Positions 20,319-29,348 of a DNA stretch of 64,000 nt are shown in pieces. A program made the position numbers and the translations under genes. Where the stretch lies: the NCBI GenBank assembly GCA_002346225.1, contig DDYY01000068.1, positions 9,017 through 73,016 on the forward strand, in the 5' to 3' direction. Numbering within the stretch: the stretch's first letter is position 1; every line of letters begins with the position of its first letter. The notes beneath the pieces were generated by a model, which made no database searches, had not been told where the DNA came from, and saw only the letters and a program-made list of their open reading frames with translations. This DNA comes from Bacteroidetes bacterium UBA3022 (GTDB taxonomy: Bacteria > Bacteroidota > Bacteroidia > Chitinophagales > BACL12).

Positions 20319-20905
20319 GGACGTTCGAAGAGTTCTTCTTCCACGAGTTCACAAATGATATGTCCCAGCAGGATATGGCTTTCCTGGATTCTGGGTGTAT
20401 CAGTGCTGGGAACGTTCAGCAGAAAGTCAGCATGATCTTTCATCTTGCCACCTGTAGCTCCTGTCATCGCAACTACTATCATACCTCTTTCTTTGGCCAC
20501 TTCAAAAGCGCGGATCACATTCTTGGAATTCCCTGATGTAGAGATGCCAAAAATAAAATCACCGGGCCGTCCTTTTGCCTTGGTCACCCTGGAATAGATT
20601 TCATCGTAGGAGTAGTCATTACCCACTGCTGTTACATAGGAAGTATTGACATGTAATGCCTCTGCATCCAGTGGTTCCCTGTCGAAATAAAACCTGCCGG
20701 AGAACTCTGCCGCCAGATGCTGGGCATCAGCTGCCGATCCGCCGTTTCCGCAAAAAAGCACCTTTTTATCCTTTCTGAATGCATCAGCTACTGCGGCTGC
20801 AATGGCTTCGCATTTCTCTATCATCTCAGGATTGTTCAGGATTTCCTGTTTAACGCGTATGCTCTCGGCAATGACGCTTTTAATTTTATCTACTTTGCTT
20901 CCCAT
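20315..20905 (-). CDS. gmhA: phosphoheptose (sedoheptulose-7-phosphate) isomerase
   Basis: 196-aa SIS domain (..LFCGNGGSAADAQHLAAEF.., ..GISTSGNS..). ATGA overlap with hddC. Confidence 0.85.
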   Translation of the reverse strand: MGSKVDKIKSVIAESIRVKQEILNNPEMIEKCEAIAAAVADAFRKDKKVLFCGNGGSAADAQHLAAEFSGRFYFDREPLDAEALHVNTSYVTAVGNDYSYDEIYSRVTKAKGRPGDFIFGISTSGNSKNVIRAFEVAKERGMIVVAMTGATGGKMKDHADFLLNVPSTDTPRIQESHILLGHIICELVEEELFERP

Positions 20906-21918
20906 GTTGTTAATCCAAATTGACTGAGTTCTAAATTATGCACTTCTCCCCCAAAAGATTTGAGTACTTCGATAACCGCGTACCTTGTATTTCCGGGGCA
21001 GTAATAGGTCATGAAACCTCCCCCGCCGGCACCGGAAATCTTACCTCCGGTAGCACCTGCTTTCATGGCTGCCTCGTAGATTTCATCGATGATGGGACTG
21101 GTTACACCCGATGCTGTTTGCTTCTTGTTTTTCCATCCGTAATCCAGAATATCTCCAATGCGATTCAAATCGCCTTTCAGGATGGCTTCTTTCATCATAT
21201 AAGCCTGCTCTTTCAAATTGTGCATGGCTTCGATGCTCTTTTCTGATTTCTTCGTGACGTTATCAGATTGTGCTTCAATGATAGTGGAAGACAAACGGCT
21301 GGTGCCTGTATAGTACATGAGCATGTTGAATTCCAGCTCATTTTTATATTGCGAACGGATGCGCAGTGGATTCACAATTACCTTATCGTCCTTGTAAAAC
21401 TCCATGAAATTCCACCCACCGAAAGTTGCAGCGTATTGATCCTGCTTACCACCGGCAAAGTTGAGGTCCTTGCGTTCAATATCGTAGGCTAGGTGTGCGA
21501 TGTCGTATTCACCCAATGGTAATTTTAACCATTCCGTAAAAGCACCAACGATGGCTACTACCAAAGTAGAAGATGAACCTAAGCCAGAGCCCGGAGGCGC
21601 ATCGACATAAGTGTTTAATTCAAACGATAAAGGTGCATTGTGGTTAAAATCCTTTACCACCCTGTTGTACACTCCTTTCAGCAAATCGAGTTCGCCATTG
21701 ATCTCCAGTCTGGAAGTGGCTTCCAATTCTATGCGCTCGCCTTTATCCATGGCATGGAGTATAATCTTTCCGTCTTTTCGGGGAAGAATGGTAGCGTATG
21801 CATATTTATTAATGGTGACATTGAGGATACAACCTCCGTATATGTCACTGTAAGGGCTCACATCTGTTCCACCACCGGCCAGTCCTATGCGCAATGGGGC
21901 TTTACTTCTGATAATCAT
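20890..21918 (-). CDS. hddA: D-glycero-alpha-D-manno-heptose 7-phosphate kinase (GHMP family)
   Basis: 342 aa. GHMP motif PPGSGLGSSSTLVVAIVGA and C-terminal GAGGGGF. Confidence 0.8.
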   Translation of the reverse strand: MIIRSKAPLRIGLAGGGTDVSPYSDIYGGCILNVTINKYAYATILPRKDGKIILHAMDKGERIELEATSRLEINGELDLLKGVYNRVVKDFNHNAPLSFELNTYVDAPPGSGLGSSSTLVVAIVGAFTEWLKLPLGEYDIAHLAYDIERKDLNFAGGKQDQYAATFGGWNFMEFYKDDKVIVNPLRIRSQYKNELEFNMLMYYTGTSRLSSTIIEAQSDNVTKKSEKSIEAMHNLKEQAYMMKEAILKGDLNRIGDILDYGWKNKKQTASGVTSPIIDEIYEAAMKAGATGGKISGAGGGGFMTYYCPGNTRYAVIEVLKSFGGEVHNLELSQFGLTTWEAK

Positions 21919-22063
21919 AACTCTTCTTTAGCGCTGCAAAATTCGACAAAATTGGGGGATTCTGGTACAAATGCGATATGACCTTATTGTAACCAGCCTT
22001 ATTCATCAGTGCCGTTTTCAATCCCATAGACTGTAGAATGGAGGCTAACGTTGCAATTGAAAG

Positions 22064-22849
22064 TTATTTTAACCGGCGCTCTCTCCAAACTATCGGAAAA
22101 AACTTCATATCATCAATAAAGTACCTTTTGAACAAGCGACCGGGTTCCTGCGTAAAGCGATACAGCCATTCCAATCCCAGCTTTTGCCAGAATAAGGGAG
22201 CCCGTTTTTTCAAATCCAGGTAGAACTCATAGGAGGCACCAAGCAACAGAAATAAAGGCATGGGTGTTGTTGCTCCCTTTTGCTGCTGGTGGGTTATCAT
22301 GCCCAGAGCGATATAGTTCTGTTTGGGAAAACGAATCCCCAAAAAGACATATTCCGGCTGTAACTCATCCATCACTTTGCAGGCCTCAGCCACTACCTCT
22401 GCTACAGCCTGCTCATCCTCCTCATTAAAGAAGGGCGGCACATAATATGCTAGACCGGGTAATTCCTTTTGCAACAGTTCTCCCACTTGTTGTGAGGGAG
22501 CAATGACCATCACTTTTCTGTTTTGCGCTACGAGTTCTTTCCACAGCAGGGGAAATAATTCACTTCCCGGTAACCTTTTCTTCAGAGGCTTACCCAACCA
22601 CTTGCTGGCCCAGATTACAGGTTGACCATCGGGGAGAATGTAATATGACTTTTTCAGGACGGCCGCCAGCCCGGCATGTTTCTTCTCGTTCAACTTTACT
22701 ACATCGTCCACATTAGGCGTGAAAAGCAAAGGCAACTTATCCCCTGCTCTTTCAAACTGGTTGGAAAAGTCGAGCATGGAAGCAATGACCGGATCGAATG
22801 ATGCCTCATTAATCAGGTCCAGGCCGAACAGATGTGTACGTTGCAGCAT
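22064..22849 (-). CDS. WecB/TagA/CpsF-family (GT26) glycosyltransferase
   Basis: The track start (22879) is a TTG inside the upstream gene. The ATG at 22849 sits 1 nt after the upstream stop (22851..22853). Motifs TPNVDDVV and PDGQPVIWASKWLG. Confidence 0.75.
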   Translation of the reverse strand: MLQRTHLFGLDLINEASFDPVIASMLDFSNQFERAGDKLPLLFTPNVDDVVKLNEKKHAGLAAVLKKSYYILPDGQPVIWASKWLGKPLKKRLPGSELFPLLWKELVAQNRKVMVIAPSQQVGELLQKELPGLAYYVPPFFNEEDEQAVAEVVAEACKVMDELQPEYVFLGIRFPKQNYIALGMITHQQQKGATTPMPLFLLLGASYEFYLDLKKRAPLFWQKLGLEWLYRFTQEPGRLFKRYFIDDMKFFPIVWRERRLK

Positions 22850-22850
22850 A

Positions 22851-23813
22851 CTATTGAATCTTAATTCGGAGATAATCAATCATATCTCTTATGGTAGTAT
22901 GCAGGTCATATTGCTGTTCCCATCCGGTATGGCTCTTCAGCTTGGAAGAGTCTCCGAAAATAATGGGCTCATCAGTAGGTCGCAACAAGGCAGGATCTGT
23001 TTCCGTTGGCACTTTCATTCCTATGATTTCTTCAATTATGGGAATGATTTCGGATATGGTGTACACTTTAGAGCCACTGATATTGTATGCTTCTCCCCAT
23101 GTACCTTTATCGCTGAGTAAGATAAGTGCCTGCACTAAATCCCGTACATCTGTAATCGCCCTTTGGGTACTCAGGTTTCCGACACGCATCACGTCCAATC
23201 TACCCAGCTCCATCAATCTGGCACGGTGCGTAAAGTCTGCCACCACATCATTGGCCTTTCTGGGTCCTGTGGTATTGAATATGCGGGCGCGAATGGTCTT
23301 GATATTATCGCTTCTGAAATACTGGTAACTCAGTAAATCCTGCCCCACTTTACTTACACCGTATGGGTGCAATGGAAGCAGTTCGGCATTTTCTTTAATA
23401 GGAACATTTTCGGGTGTCAGGGAGGCGCCATATTGCGCGCTCGAGCAAGCTACCACCACGATGGGGTCGTAGGATGGATCATCTTTGCGCACCAGCTTGA
23501 TGGCTTCGAAAATATTGACAGTACCATTAACATTGATATCCATAGTTTCCTGAGGCTTATCCCAGGAAACAGTAGGGTAGCTCTGCGCTGCCAGGTGAAA
23601 GATTTTATCGGGCCGCAAAGACATTATAACTTTTGCCACCCCCAACTGGTACCGCACGTCTACTTCACTGAGGTCGGCTTTATCCCGGATATCGGAAATA
23701 TCAACGGTAGGACGGTAATACGTACCTGTAATTTTCACACCTCCCAATGCATGGTAATAATCTATCATATGAGACCCTACCATTCCACCTGCCCCTGTTA
23801 TTAAAATATTCAT
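22851..23813 (-). CDS. NAD-dependent SDR epimerase/dehydratase/reductase (GMD/Rmd-like)
   Basis: Motifs ILITGAGGMVGSH, AAQSYPTVSWDKPQETMDINVNGTVNIFEA and YGVSK (YxxxK). Confidence 0.8.
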   Translation of the reverse strand: MNILITGAGGMVGSHMIDYYHALGGVKITGTYYRPTVDISDIRDKADLSEVDVRYQLGVAKVIMSLRPDKIFHLAAQSYPTVSWDKPQETMDINVNGTVNIFEAIKLVRKDDPSYDPIVVVACSSAQYGASLTPENVPIKENAELLPLHPYGVSKVGQDLLSYQYFRSDNIKTIRARIFNTTGPRKANDVVADFTHRARLMELGRLDVMRVGNLSTQRAITDVRDLVQALILLSDKGTWGEAYNISGSKVYTISEIIPIIEEIIGMKVPTETDPALLRPTDEPIIFGDSSKLKSHTGWEQQYDLHTTIRDMIDYLRIKIQ

Positions 23814-23871
23814 AAAAAAGCTTTATATATTCCGGTACAAATATCGCAAAGATTAACTAGAATATCCTTAA

Positions 23872-24600
23872 CTAACGCAGAAAGCGCCAGTAGAACCGCC
23901 TAAATACATTCAAAAAATTATACAGTATAAATGTATGCCATGGTGCTTTAATGTGCGACCATGAATCGGGGAAATCGTAGCCCCAGTAACGCATAAAAGG
24001 CTCGAAAACAAAACGCGCTCTTCTTTTGGCGGCGTCGCTTTCGTAGTAGCTCCAGAAGTCGGCCTTTTTCTCCGGGGTTTTATTCGCCTGCGGCAGATCA
24101 CGGGTTACAGGAACTCCCAGCTCTGTAAAGACAGCTCTGTAGTCTGCAGCAAGGTGTTCGAACCGGATAAGGTGGTCAAACTTCTTATGGTGAATAATAC
24201 TCCAGTTGCTGTACGGCCATTTAAAGAAATGCATGAAGTACTGCTCGAAGGAAGCATTGTTATTTATGATATACTGATACCGTTTGCTGTCGCGATTGCG
24301 TGCCAGCGATTTGCGCAGCCATTTACCGGGTCGCTTCCTCCCGGTAGAAAAGCGCTGGTCGAGATCATTCTTATACTTAAAGTACATACTGACCGTCTGG
24401 TCAAGGGGATTGCGGACCGAACCTACTACCCGGTATTGCTTCTGCTCCTGGGTTGCTTTGCGCAGAAAGTCGTCGTAGGTGGCGTGCTTGTTGAGAAAGG
24501 GCTCACAACCATATTGCTCCCTTATCTCCTTTGAAATGGCGGAAGTGGCAGTAAGAGGTAATTCCACAAAAACAAATCGATACCGGTGATCAACTACCAT
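23872..24600 (-). CDS. sulfotransferase-family-2-like protein with substituted PAPS-binding residues
   Basis: 242 aa. FVFVELPLTATSA aligns to the F.HIPKT(A/G)GTS 5'-PSB loop (K to L). VRNPLDQTVSMYF aligns to the RNPxxRxxSxY 3'-PB motif (R to Q). Confidence 0.55.
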   Translation of the reverse strand: MVVDHRYRFVFVELPLTATSAISKEIREQYGCEPFLNKHATYDDFLRKATQEQKQYRVVGSVRNPLDQTVSMYFKYKNDLDQRFSTGRKRPGKWLRKSLARNRDSKRYQYIINNNASFEQYFMHFFKWPYSNWSIIHHKKFDHLIRFEHLAADYRAVFTELGVPVTRDLPQANKTPEKKADFWSYYESDAAKRRARFVFEPFMRYWGYDFPDSWSHIKAPWHTFILYNFLNVFRRFYWRFLR

Positions 24601-24623
24601 TTTATTTTCATTTACAAAGAATA

Positions 24624-25823
24624 CTATATATTTTTCTCCAATATCTTATACAGGCTATCCCATGTATAGTGGGCTGCAGCTGTCTTCTTACTCTCCATCG
24701 CTATTTGCTTCCATAGCTCCTTGTCCTGCAATAGGCGCATCGTTTGAGCTGCAAAATCCTCTACTTCATCGGCGATGAGTATGTCTTTTTCGTGCGTAAC
24801 CCGCAGCCCTTCTGTGCCGATGGAAGTACTAACCATAGGTATACCCCTGCACAGCCCATTGATGGTTTTTACTTTCATGCCGCTGCCAAAGCGGAGGGGA
24901 ATAACATTTACGCGACATCTGGGCAGATAATCTTCCAGGTCTTCTACAAAACCCGTAAGTACAATCCCCTCGTACCTGGCCGCAAGGTCAATGAGACGGG
25001 CATCAGGGTTTTTACCAATTACGTACAACTTCAATTCAGGGAACTGCGCTTTCCATGTATCCCAAGCCCCTTCTACCATCCAGATCAAACCATCAATATT
25101 GGCTTCCCACGATAAGGTGCCCACGTATACCAAAGCCATCTCCGTTTGCTCCCACACAGGAACAGGCAGCTGTATCTGTTCGTCCTGTCCGAGATGCAGA
25201 AATTCAATAAACTTGGCAGCTCGCTTTTCAGGGTCCGGCTCATGGTTTTCATTGTCGTTGGGAGCACCCAGTACAAGGTCGGCGCGCCTGACATAATGCA
25301 GCTCCCATTGCTTTATACGCCGGGCTTCCTGGTTTATGACCATCCGTTTGATGGGATTGGTTTCCACTTCAGCATAACGGCTCCAGATAAGGTATTCAGC
25401 ATTGTGGGTGCGAAACACCACCTTTCCTTTATACCCATCGGGCACGTATTGCATAGCTTCATAATGATCTACCACTATCACGTCATAATCATTGGCTATG
25501 GCAGCTATCTTCTCCCGAAAGGTTCGCGAGCGGTTGCGCAACATATTGATGGAAATCCCCAACAGATAGCTTTTCAGCAGATTGAACGCGTTGCGTTCTA
25601 CGTTCAGTTCTTCAAAATAATATTGAGTGATTCCGGTGTCCTGGAGAAAGGCATCCTTGTATTTTTTATCTTCTCCTTTCAGAAAACACGCAAAGAAAAG
25701 GTCATGGTGTCCGTGTAACCAGGTTGCTAGTTTATAGGTATTGAAAAGGCTGGCTCCATGGTTGACAGGAAATGGAAGGTGGATACTGAGCAGCATCACC
25801 TTTTTTCGCTGAGGGTTGTTCAT
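24624..25823 (-). CDS. GT4-family glycosyltransferase
   Basis: 399 aa. C-terminal GT-B motif ..PLRFGSGMKVKTINGLCRGIPMVSTSIGTEGL.. Confidence 0.85.
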   Translation of the reverse strand: MNNPQRKKVMLLSIHLPFPVNHGASLFNTYKLATWLHGHHDLFFACFLKGEDKKYKDAFLQDTGITQYYFEELNVERNAFNLLKSYLLGISINMLRNRSRTFREKIAAIANDYDVIVVDHYEAMQYVPDGYKGKVVFRTHNAEYLIWSRYAEVETNPIKRMVINQEARRIKQWELHYVRRADLVLGAPNDNENHEPDPEKRAAKFIEFLHLGQDEQIQLPVPVWEQTEMALVYVGTLSWEANIDGLIWMVEGAWDTWKAQFPELKLYVIGKNPDARLIDLAARYEGIVLTGFVEDLEDYLPRCRVNVIPLRFGSGMKVKTINGLCRGIPMVSTSIGTEGLRVTHEKDILIADEVEDFAAQTMRLLQDKELWKQIAMESKKTAAAHYTWDSLYKILEKNI

Positions 25824-25901
25824 CCTGCAAAGGTAAGGAAGGTGCTGAAGTATGGCTTATATATAATGTGAAAATTGCGTAAAAATCCAAGGTCGGCGCT
25901 T

Positions 25902-26927
25902 TTATTTCAATCGCCGGCGAATGGCTTCTCCGATATTTTTCATGCGATGCAGATTGAAAAGCAGAGCCAGTGCCAGTTTAAAAGGAAAGGACACGTAATA
26001 CCACAATTTATATCCTATTCCGGGTTGAATAGGTTTTACATCATAGCCGTAGGCTGCCATGTAGTTGCTGCATATTTGCTGGCAAAACCAAATCTCGCCT
26101 TTGTTCAATCCGCCTTTCTCCCAATTGCCGGCCCTCTCAGTCTTAATACCGAAGGTATCGGGTTTATCAGCTTCGTTGCTGGAACCCACCTGTGGTATAT
26201 GCAGCATAGCGGGATCGTAGGTGATTTCCAGAAAGCTGCATAGTCCGCGCACCAGCTCTTCCGACTGGTTTACAAGATTTTCAAAAATAACGGTCCGCAC
26301 GCGTTCATGTTCCAGAAAGGGTTGCGCAGCACGCTGAGATGCATTCCATAATTTGGAGATGGTAATTGGGTGGTAATTGATGCGCAGCCTTCTTTGTTCT
26401 TTTCTGGTCATGAAACCTGCACCCATGTTGCGCCGCTGCCATTTCCTTTTCTGCGAAAGCATGACTCCTCTAGGGTCGCGCACCATGTTGATGATTTTCG
26501 CCTCAGGAAATAGCTCAAGTATTTCTTTAATATAAAAAACATCCTGAGGTGTTTTTTCGCAAGGGATGCTTCTTCCACCGCGCGCTGTTTCATAGTGCAG
26601 AAAAGTACGCAGCACTTCATGGGGATACAAAGCTTTCTCCATGCTGCTTACCATATTCATGGCTTCTTCGAAATGCTTCTGCTCATTCATTTCGGTGAGG
26701 TAGCCATCGCGCTGTATAAAGAACAATCTGGAGGCGAGTGCCGCCGCTTCCGGAACGGTAAGTTGTTTATCCTTATCAGAAGAAGACCACAGCTGCTCAA
26801 AAAAATGCAGCTCTTCCAACATGTAGATTTCAGGATGCTTCCCCAATACACGGCGCATCATGGTAGTTCCGGAGCGCGAATTGCCCACGATAAAAATGAT
26901 GGTTCCGGATGCAAGGGTCGCTGTCAT
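25902..26927 (-). CDS. PAPS-dependent sulfotransferase
   Basis: 341 aa. 5'-PSB loop IFIVGNSRSGTTMM and 3'-PB motif VRDPRGVMLS. Confidence 0.8.
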   Translation of the reverse strand: MTATLASGTIIFIVGNSRSGTTMMRRVLGKHPEIYMLEELHFFEQLWSSSDKDKQLTVPEAAALASRLFFIQRDGYLTEMNEQKHFEEAMNMVSSMEKALYPHEVLRTFLHYETARGGRSIPCEKTPQDVFYIKEILELFPEAKIINMVRDPRGVMLSQKRKWQRRNMGAGFMTRKEQRRLRINYHPITISKLWNASQRAAQPFLEHERVRTVIFENLVNQSEELVRGLCSFLEITYDPAMLHIPQVGSSNEADKPDTFGIKTERAGNWEKGGLNKGEIWFCQQICSNYMAAYGYDVKPIQPGIGYKLWYYVSFPFKLALALLFNLHRMKNIGEAIRRRLK

Positions 26928-27192
26928 ACTGGTTCAAAGATAATATTGGCTTTGCAAGATAGCCGCAAAGTTATTCAAAGATTGGAGACCCTTTTCTATT
27001 TTGACAATTCATATATAAATCACAGGTTTCAGCAGGCAACAACGAAGCTGCCTGCTTGCGATATAGCCGGCATGGAGGTGGTAGCCCGCAGGGCGGGAAG
27101 TGCAACGAACCGACCGAGGACTATGAACCGAGAGGCCGACCGCTGTTCATGAGATGCAATCAGTGGATTGCTTCTATAAAAACTTTTCAGCC

Positions 27193-29073
27193 TTATTGCG
27201 CAGGCCAGCCGAGCATAGCATCCAAGGTGCTTACAGCGACATAGTGATAAGTGGGACGGGCCTTTTTATATATTTCCATAGCCATCGCCTTGCCTTCTTC
27301 AGTTGCCACCATTGCGCCGTACAATGGCGTGAGGAACTTGCGACGACCTACGCTGCACAAGAAGTTTTCGATGGCAGGATAAGCCGGGGTATAAGCCCGT
27401 TTTATGGAAAGCTCGTACCAAACATCAGCTACCTCGCAGTTACCGGTGCCGGTAAATTGGAACGCCTTATCGAGTTCTTCCATGCGCGACAGGGATATGT
27501 CGGCAGGGATGTTTTTGAGAAAGCGGAGCCACTCGTGGGTAGACCATTCAGCGGTGGCGAGTGTATTGGCAGGAGCTCCATTATTGAAGGCAGCCAATGC
27601 ACTGTCAACTTTTTCAAAACGCATAGAAACCACCTGAGGGCAGTTATCGGGAATACCCGGACCATAAATCCAGGCATTGATATCGACCTGGGCGAAAGCA
27701 TCCTTATTGGGCTGAATCAATTTTTCGTTCAGGTAATCGATAAAGGTTTCCGTGTCCATCACCTTGAAAGCATTGGCAGTGAAGTACTCCTTCAGAAATG
27801 CGTCCCATTTTTCACGACCGGCAGTATTTTCAAGCAGTCGGAGGAAGTAGGCACCTTTATTATAGGCGATATCGCTCATGCCATCGTCGGGGTCACGGTC
27901 GTTCAGATGGAGTTTGAGGTGGGTATCGGGCGATTGTACTCCAAATTCTTCGACTGTGGCGGACAGATCATTGTATTCGAGCACCTGCAACATATCGGCA
28001 TACTCTTTACCATAAACGGCTTCCATGATGCGGTTTTCGAAATACACGGTGAAGCCTTCATTGAGCCAGAAATCATTCCAGTTGGCATTGGTAACCAGGT
28101 TACCGCTCCAGCTATGTGCCAGTTCATGCGCCACGAGTGCAGTTAGTGAACGGTCGCCGGCAATGATGGTAGGCGTTGCAAATGTGAGGCGTGGGTTTTC
28201 CATTCCTCCAAAGGGAAAACTTGGCGGCAGCACAATGACATCATATTGCCCCCAGGCATATGTTCCGTAAAGTGCTTCAGCTTTATCGAGCATATCCTGC
28301 ATATCGGCCAGTTCCCAGGCACAGGAATCCAGATAAGAAGGTTCGGCATATACGCCTGTATTTCGGCCAATCTCCTTAAAGGCAATATCGCCGGCAGTGA
28401 GCGCCATCAGGTAGCTGGGAACAGGTTGGTCCATTACAAATGAATAGGTACCTGTTGCATTCTTCTCTTTAGGGTTTGCTGCGCTCATAAGTGCCAGCAT
28501 TCCCTCAGGTACGGTAACAGTTGCGTTATAGGTAAACCGCACGCCTGGACCATCCTGACAAGGCAACCAGGTCCTGGCTAAAATGGCTTGCGATTGAGTA
28601 AAGAGGAAAGGATGTTGTTTATCGCGGGTTTGTTCTTTGGTTAACCATTGAAGGGCTCCTGCATCCGGAGCTGTTATATAGTTAATAGTGACTTTTGCGG
28701 TTGCGGGTTGCAGTTTAACAGTAAGTGGCTGGCCTAAATAAGGCCTGCCGGGAACGGTATCTCCTATGGAAAAGGGCAGGGCAACACCTGTTTCATCCAC
28801 CACCGACTGTATGTCTAAACCGCGGATATCAAATATTACGGAATCGCTGTCTGATTGTCGCTCGAGTGTCCAGGTAGCGGTTGCGGCAATGACTTTATTG
28901 TCAAACTGTATATCTGCAGTCCAGTTGAGATGACTAACGGTTACCTCATCGGCATGGGCAAATGAATGTGGATCGCGCATGGTAGAAGGTTTAGATGGGT
29001 CAGCTTCTTCCGAAGGAGAGCAGGCTGCTGCCAGCAAAGCGATGAGTGACAGCACGGGAAAGAATTGTTTCAT
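27193..29073 (-). CDS. M1-family aminopeptidase lipoprotein (leukotriene-A4-hydrolase-like)
   Basis: GGMENP exopeptidase motif and HELAH-X18-E (HELAHSWSGNLVTNANWNDFWLNEGFT). The track start is a GTG at 29109; the ATG at 29073 gives the lipoprotein signal MKQFFPVLSLIALLAAAC. Confidence 0.9.
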   Translation of the reverse strand: MKQFFPVLSLIALLAAACSPSEEADPSKPSTMRDPHSFAHADEVTVSHLNWTADIQFDNKVIAATATWTLERQSDSDSVIFDIRGLDIQSVVDETGVALPFSIGDTVPGRPYLGQPLTVKLQPATAKVTINYITAPDAGALQWLTKEQTRDKQHPFLFTQSQAILARTWLPCQDGPGVRFTYNATVTVPEGMLALMSAANPKEKNATGTYSFVMDQPVPSYLMALTAGDIAFKEIGRNTGVYAEPSYLDSCAWELADMQDMLDKAEALYGTYAWGQYDVIVLPPSFPFGGMENPRLTFATPTIIAGDRSLTALVAHELAHSWSGNLVTNANWNDFWLNEGFTVYFENRIMEAVYGKEYADMLQVLEYNDLSATVEEFGVQSPDTHLKLHLNDRDPDDGMSDIAYNKGAYFLRLLENTAGREKWDAFLKEYFTANAFKVMDTETFIDYLNEKLIQPNKDAFAQVDINAWIYGPGIPDNCPQVVSMRFEKVDSALAAFNNGAPANTLATAEWSTHEWLRFLKNIPADISLSRMEELDKAFQFTGTGNCEVADVWYELSIKRAYTPAYPAIENFLCSVGRRKFLTPLYGAMVATEEGKAMAMEIYKKARPTYHYVAVSTLDAMLGWPAQ

Positions 29074-29137
29074 AGCATGGAACGTTGTGAATGCACCGAA
29101 GTGGTGCACTCCATAAAAAAAATGGAGCGGAAGTTTA

Positions 29138-29305
29138 TCAAAGGCCGTCCAGCGCCTGGGCGAAACTGGTCAGTAACAGCGGCAGTGTTATCCAGAAGAA
29201 GTTGCTCATAAACATGATCATATAGATACAGGCGACCAGGGAAAGGATGCCCAAAATCCACCACATTGTTTTGTTCTTTTTTTGTGTCTGCTCCATTTTC
29301 TGCAT
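29138..29305 (-). CDS. unannotated 55-aa two-helix membrane mini-protein
   Basis: ATG..TGA ORF below the track cutoff: MQKMEQTQKKNKTMWWILGILSLVACIYMIMFMSNFFWITLPLLLTSFAQALDGL. It has a basic N-terminus followed by two hydrophobic helices. Lies 43 nt downstream of the helicase stop on the same strand. Confidence 0.4.
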   Translation of the reverse strand: MQKMEQTQKKNKTMWWILGILSLVACIYMIMFMSNFFWITLPLLLTSFAQALDGL

Positions 29306-29348
29306 TTGAGTGGTACAAAAGTACGGGAAAGATGCGTGATGTAAAACT

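Noticed and set aside
27061-27150. GC-rich element as SRP (4.5S) RNA, considered because ffh is in the window
   Set aside because: There is no GGAA/GNRA tetraloop closed by the conserved helix-8 symmetric/asymmetric loop sequence (..AGGUC..GGAA..GGAAGCAGCC..), and no long end-to-end hairpin can be drawn in either orientation.
27154-28146. 330-aa plus-strand ORF
   Set aside because: It is entirely antisense to the M1 aminopeptidase (HELAH-X18-E, GGMENP). Its start is a non-ATG codon and it has no motifs. This is a typical shadow ORF.
29070-29318. 82-aa minus-strand track ORF
   Set aside because: It overlaps the start of the aminopeptidase and, in another frame, the cleaner two-TM 55-aa ORF. 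Its translation has no features.
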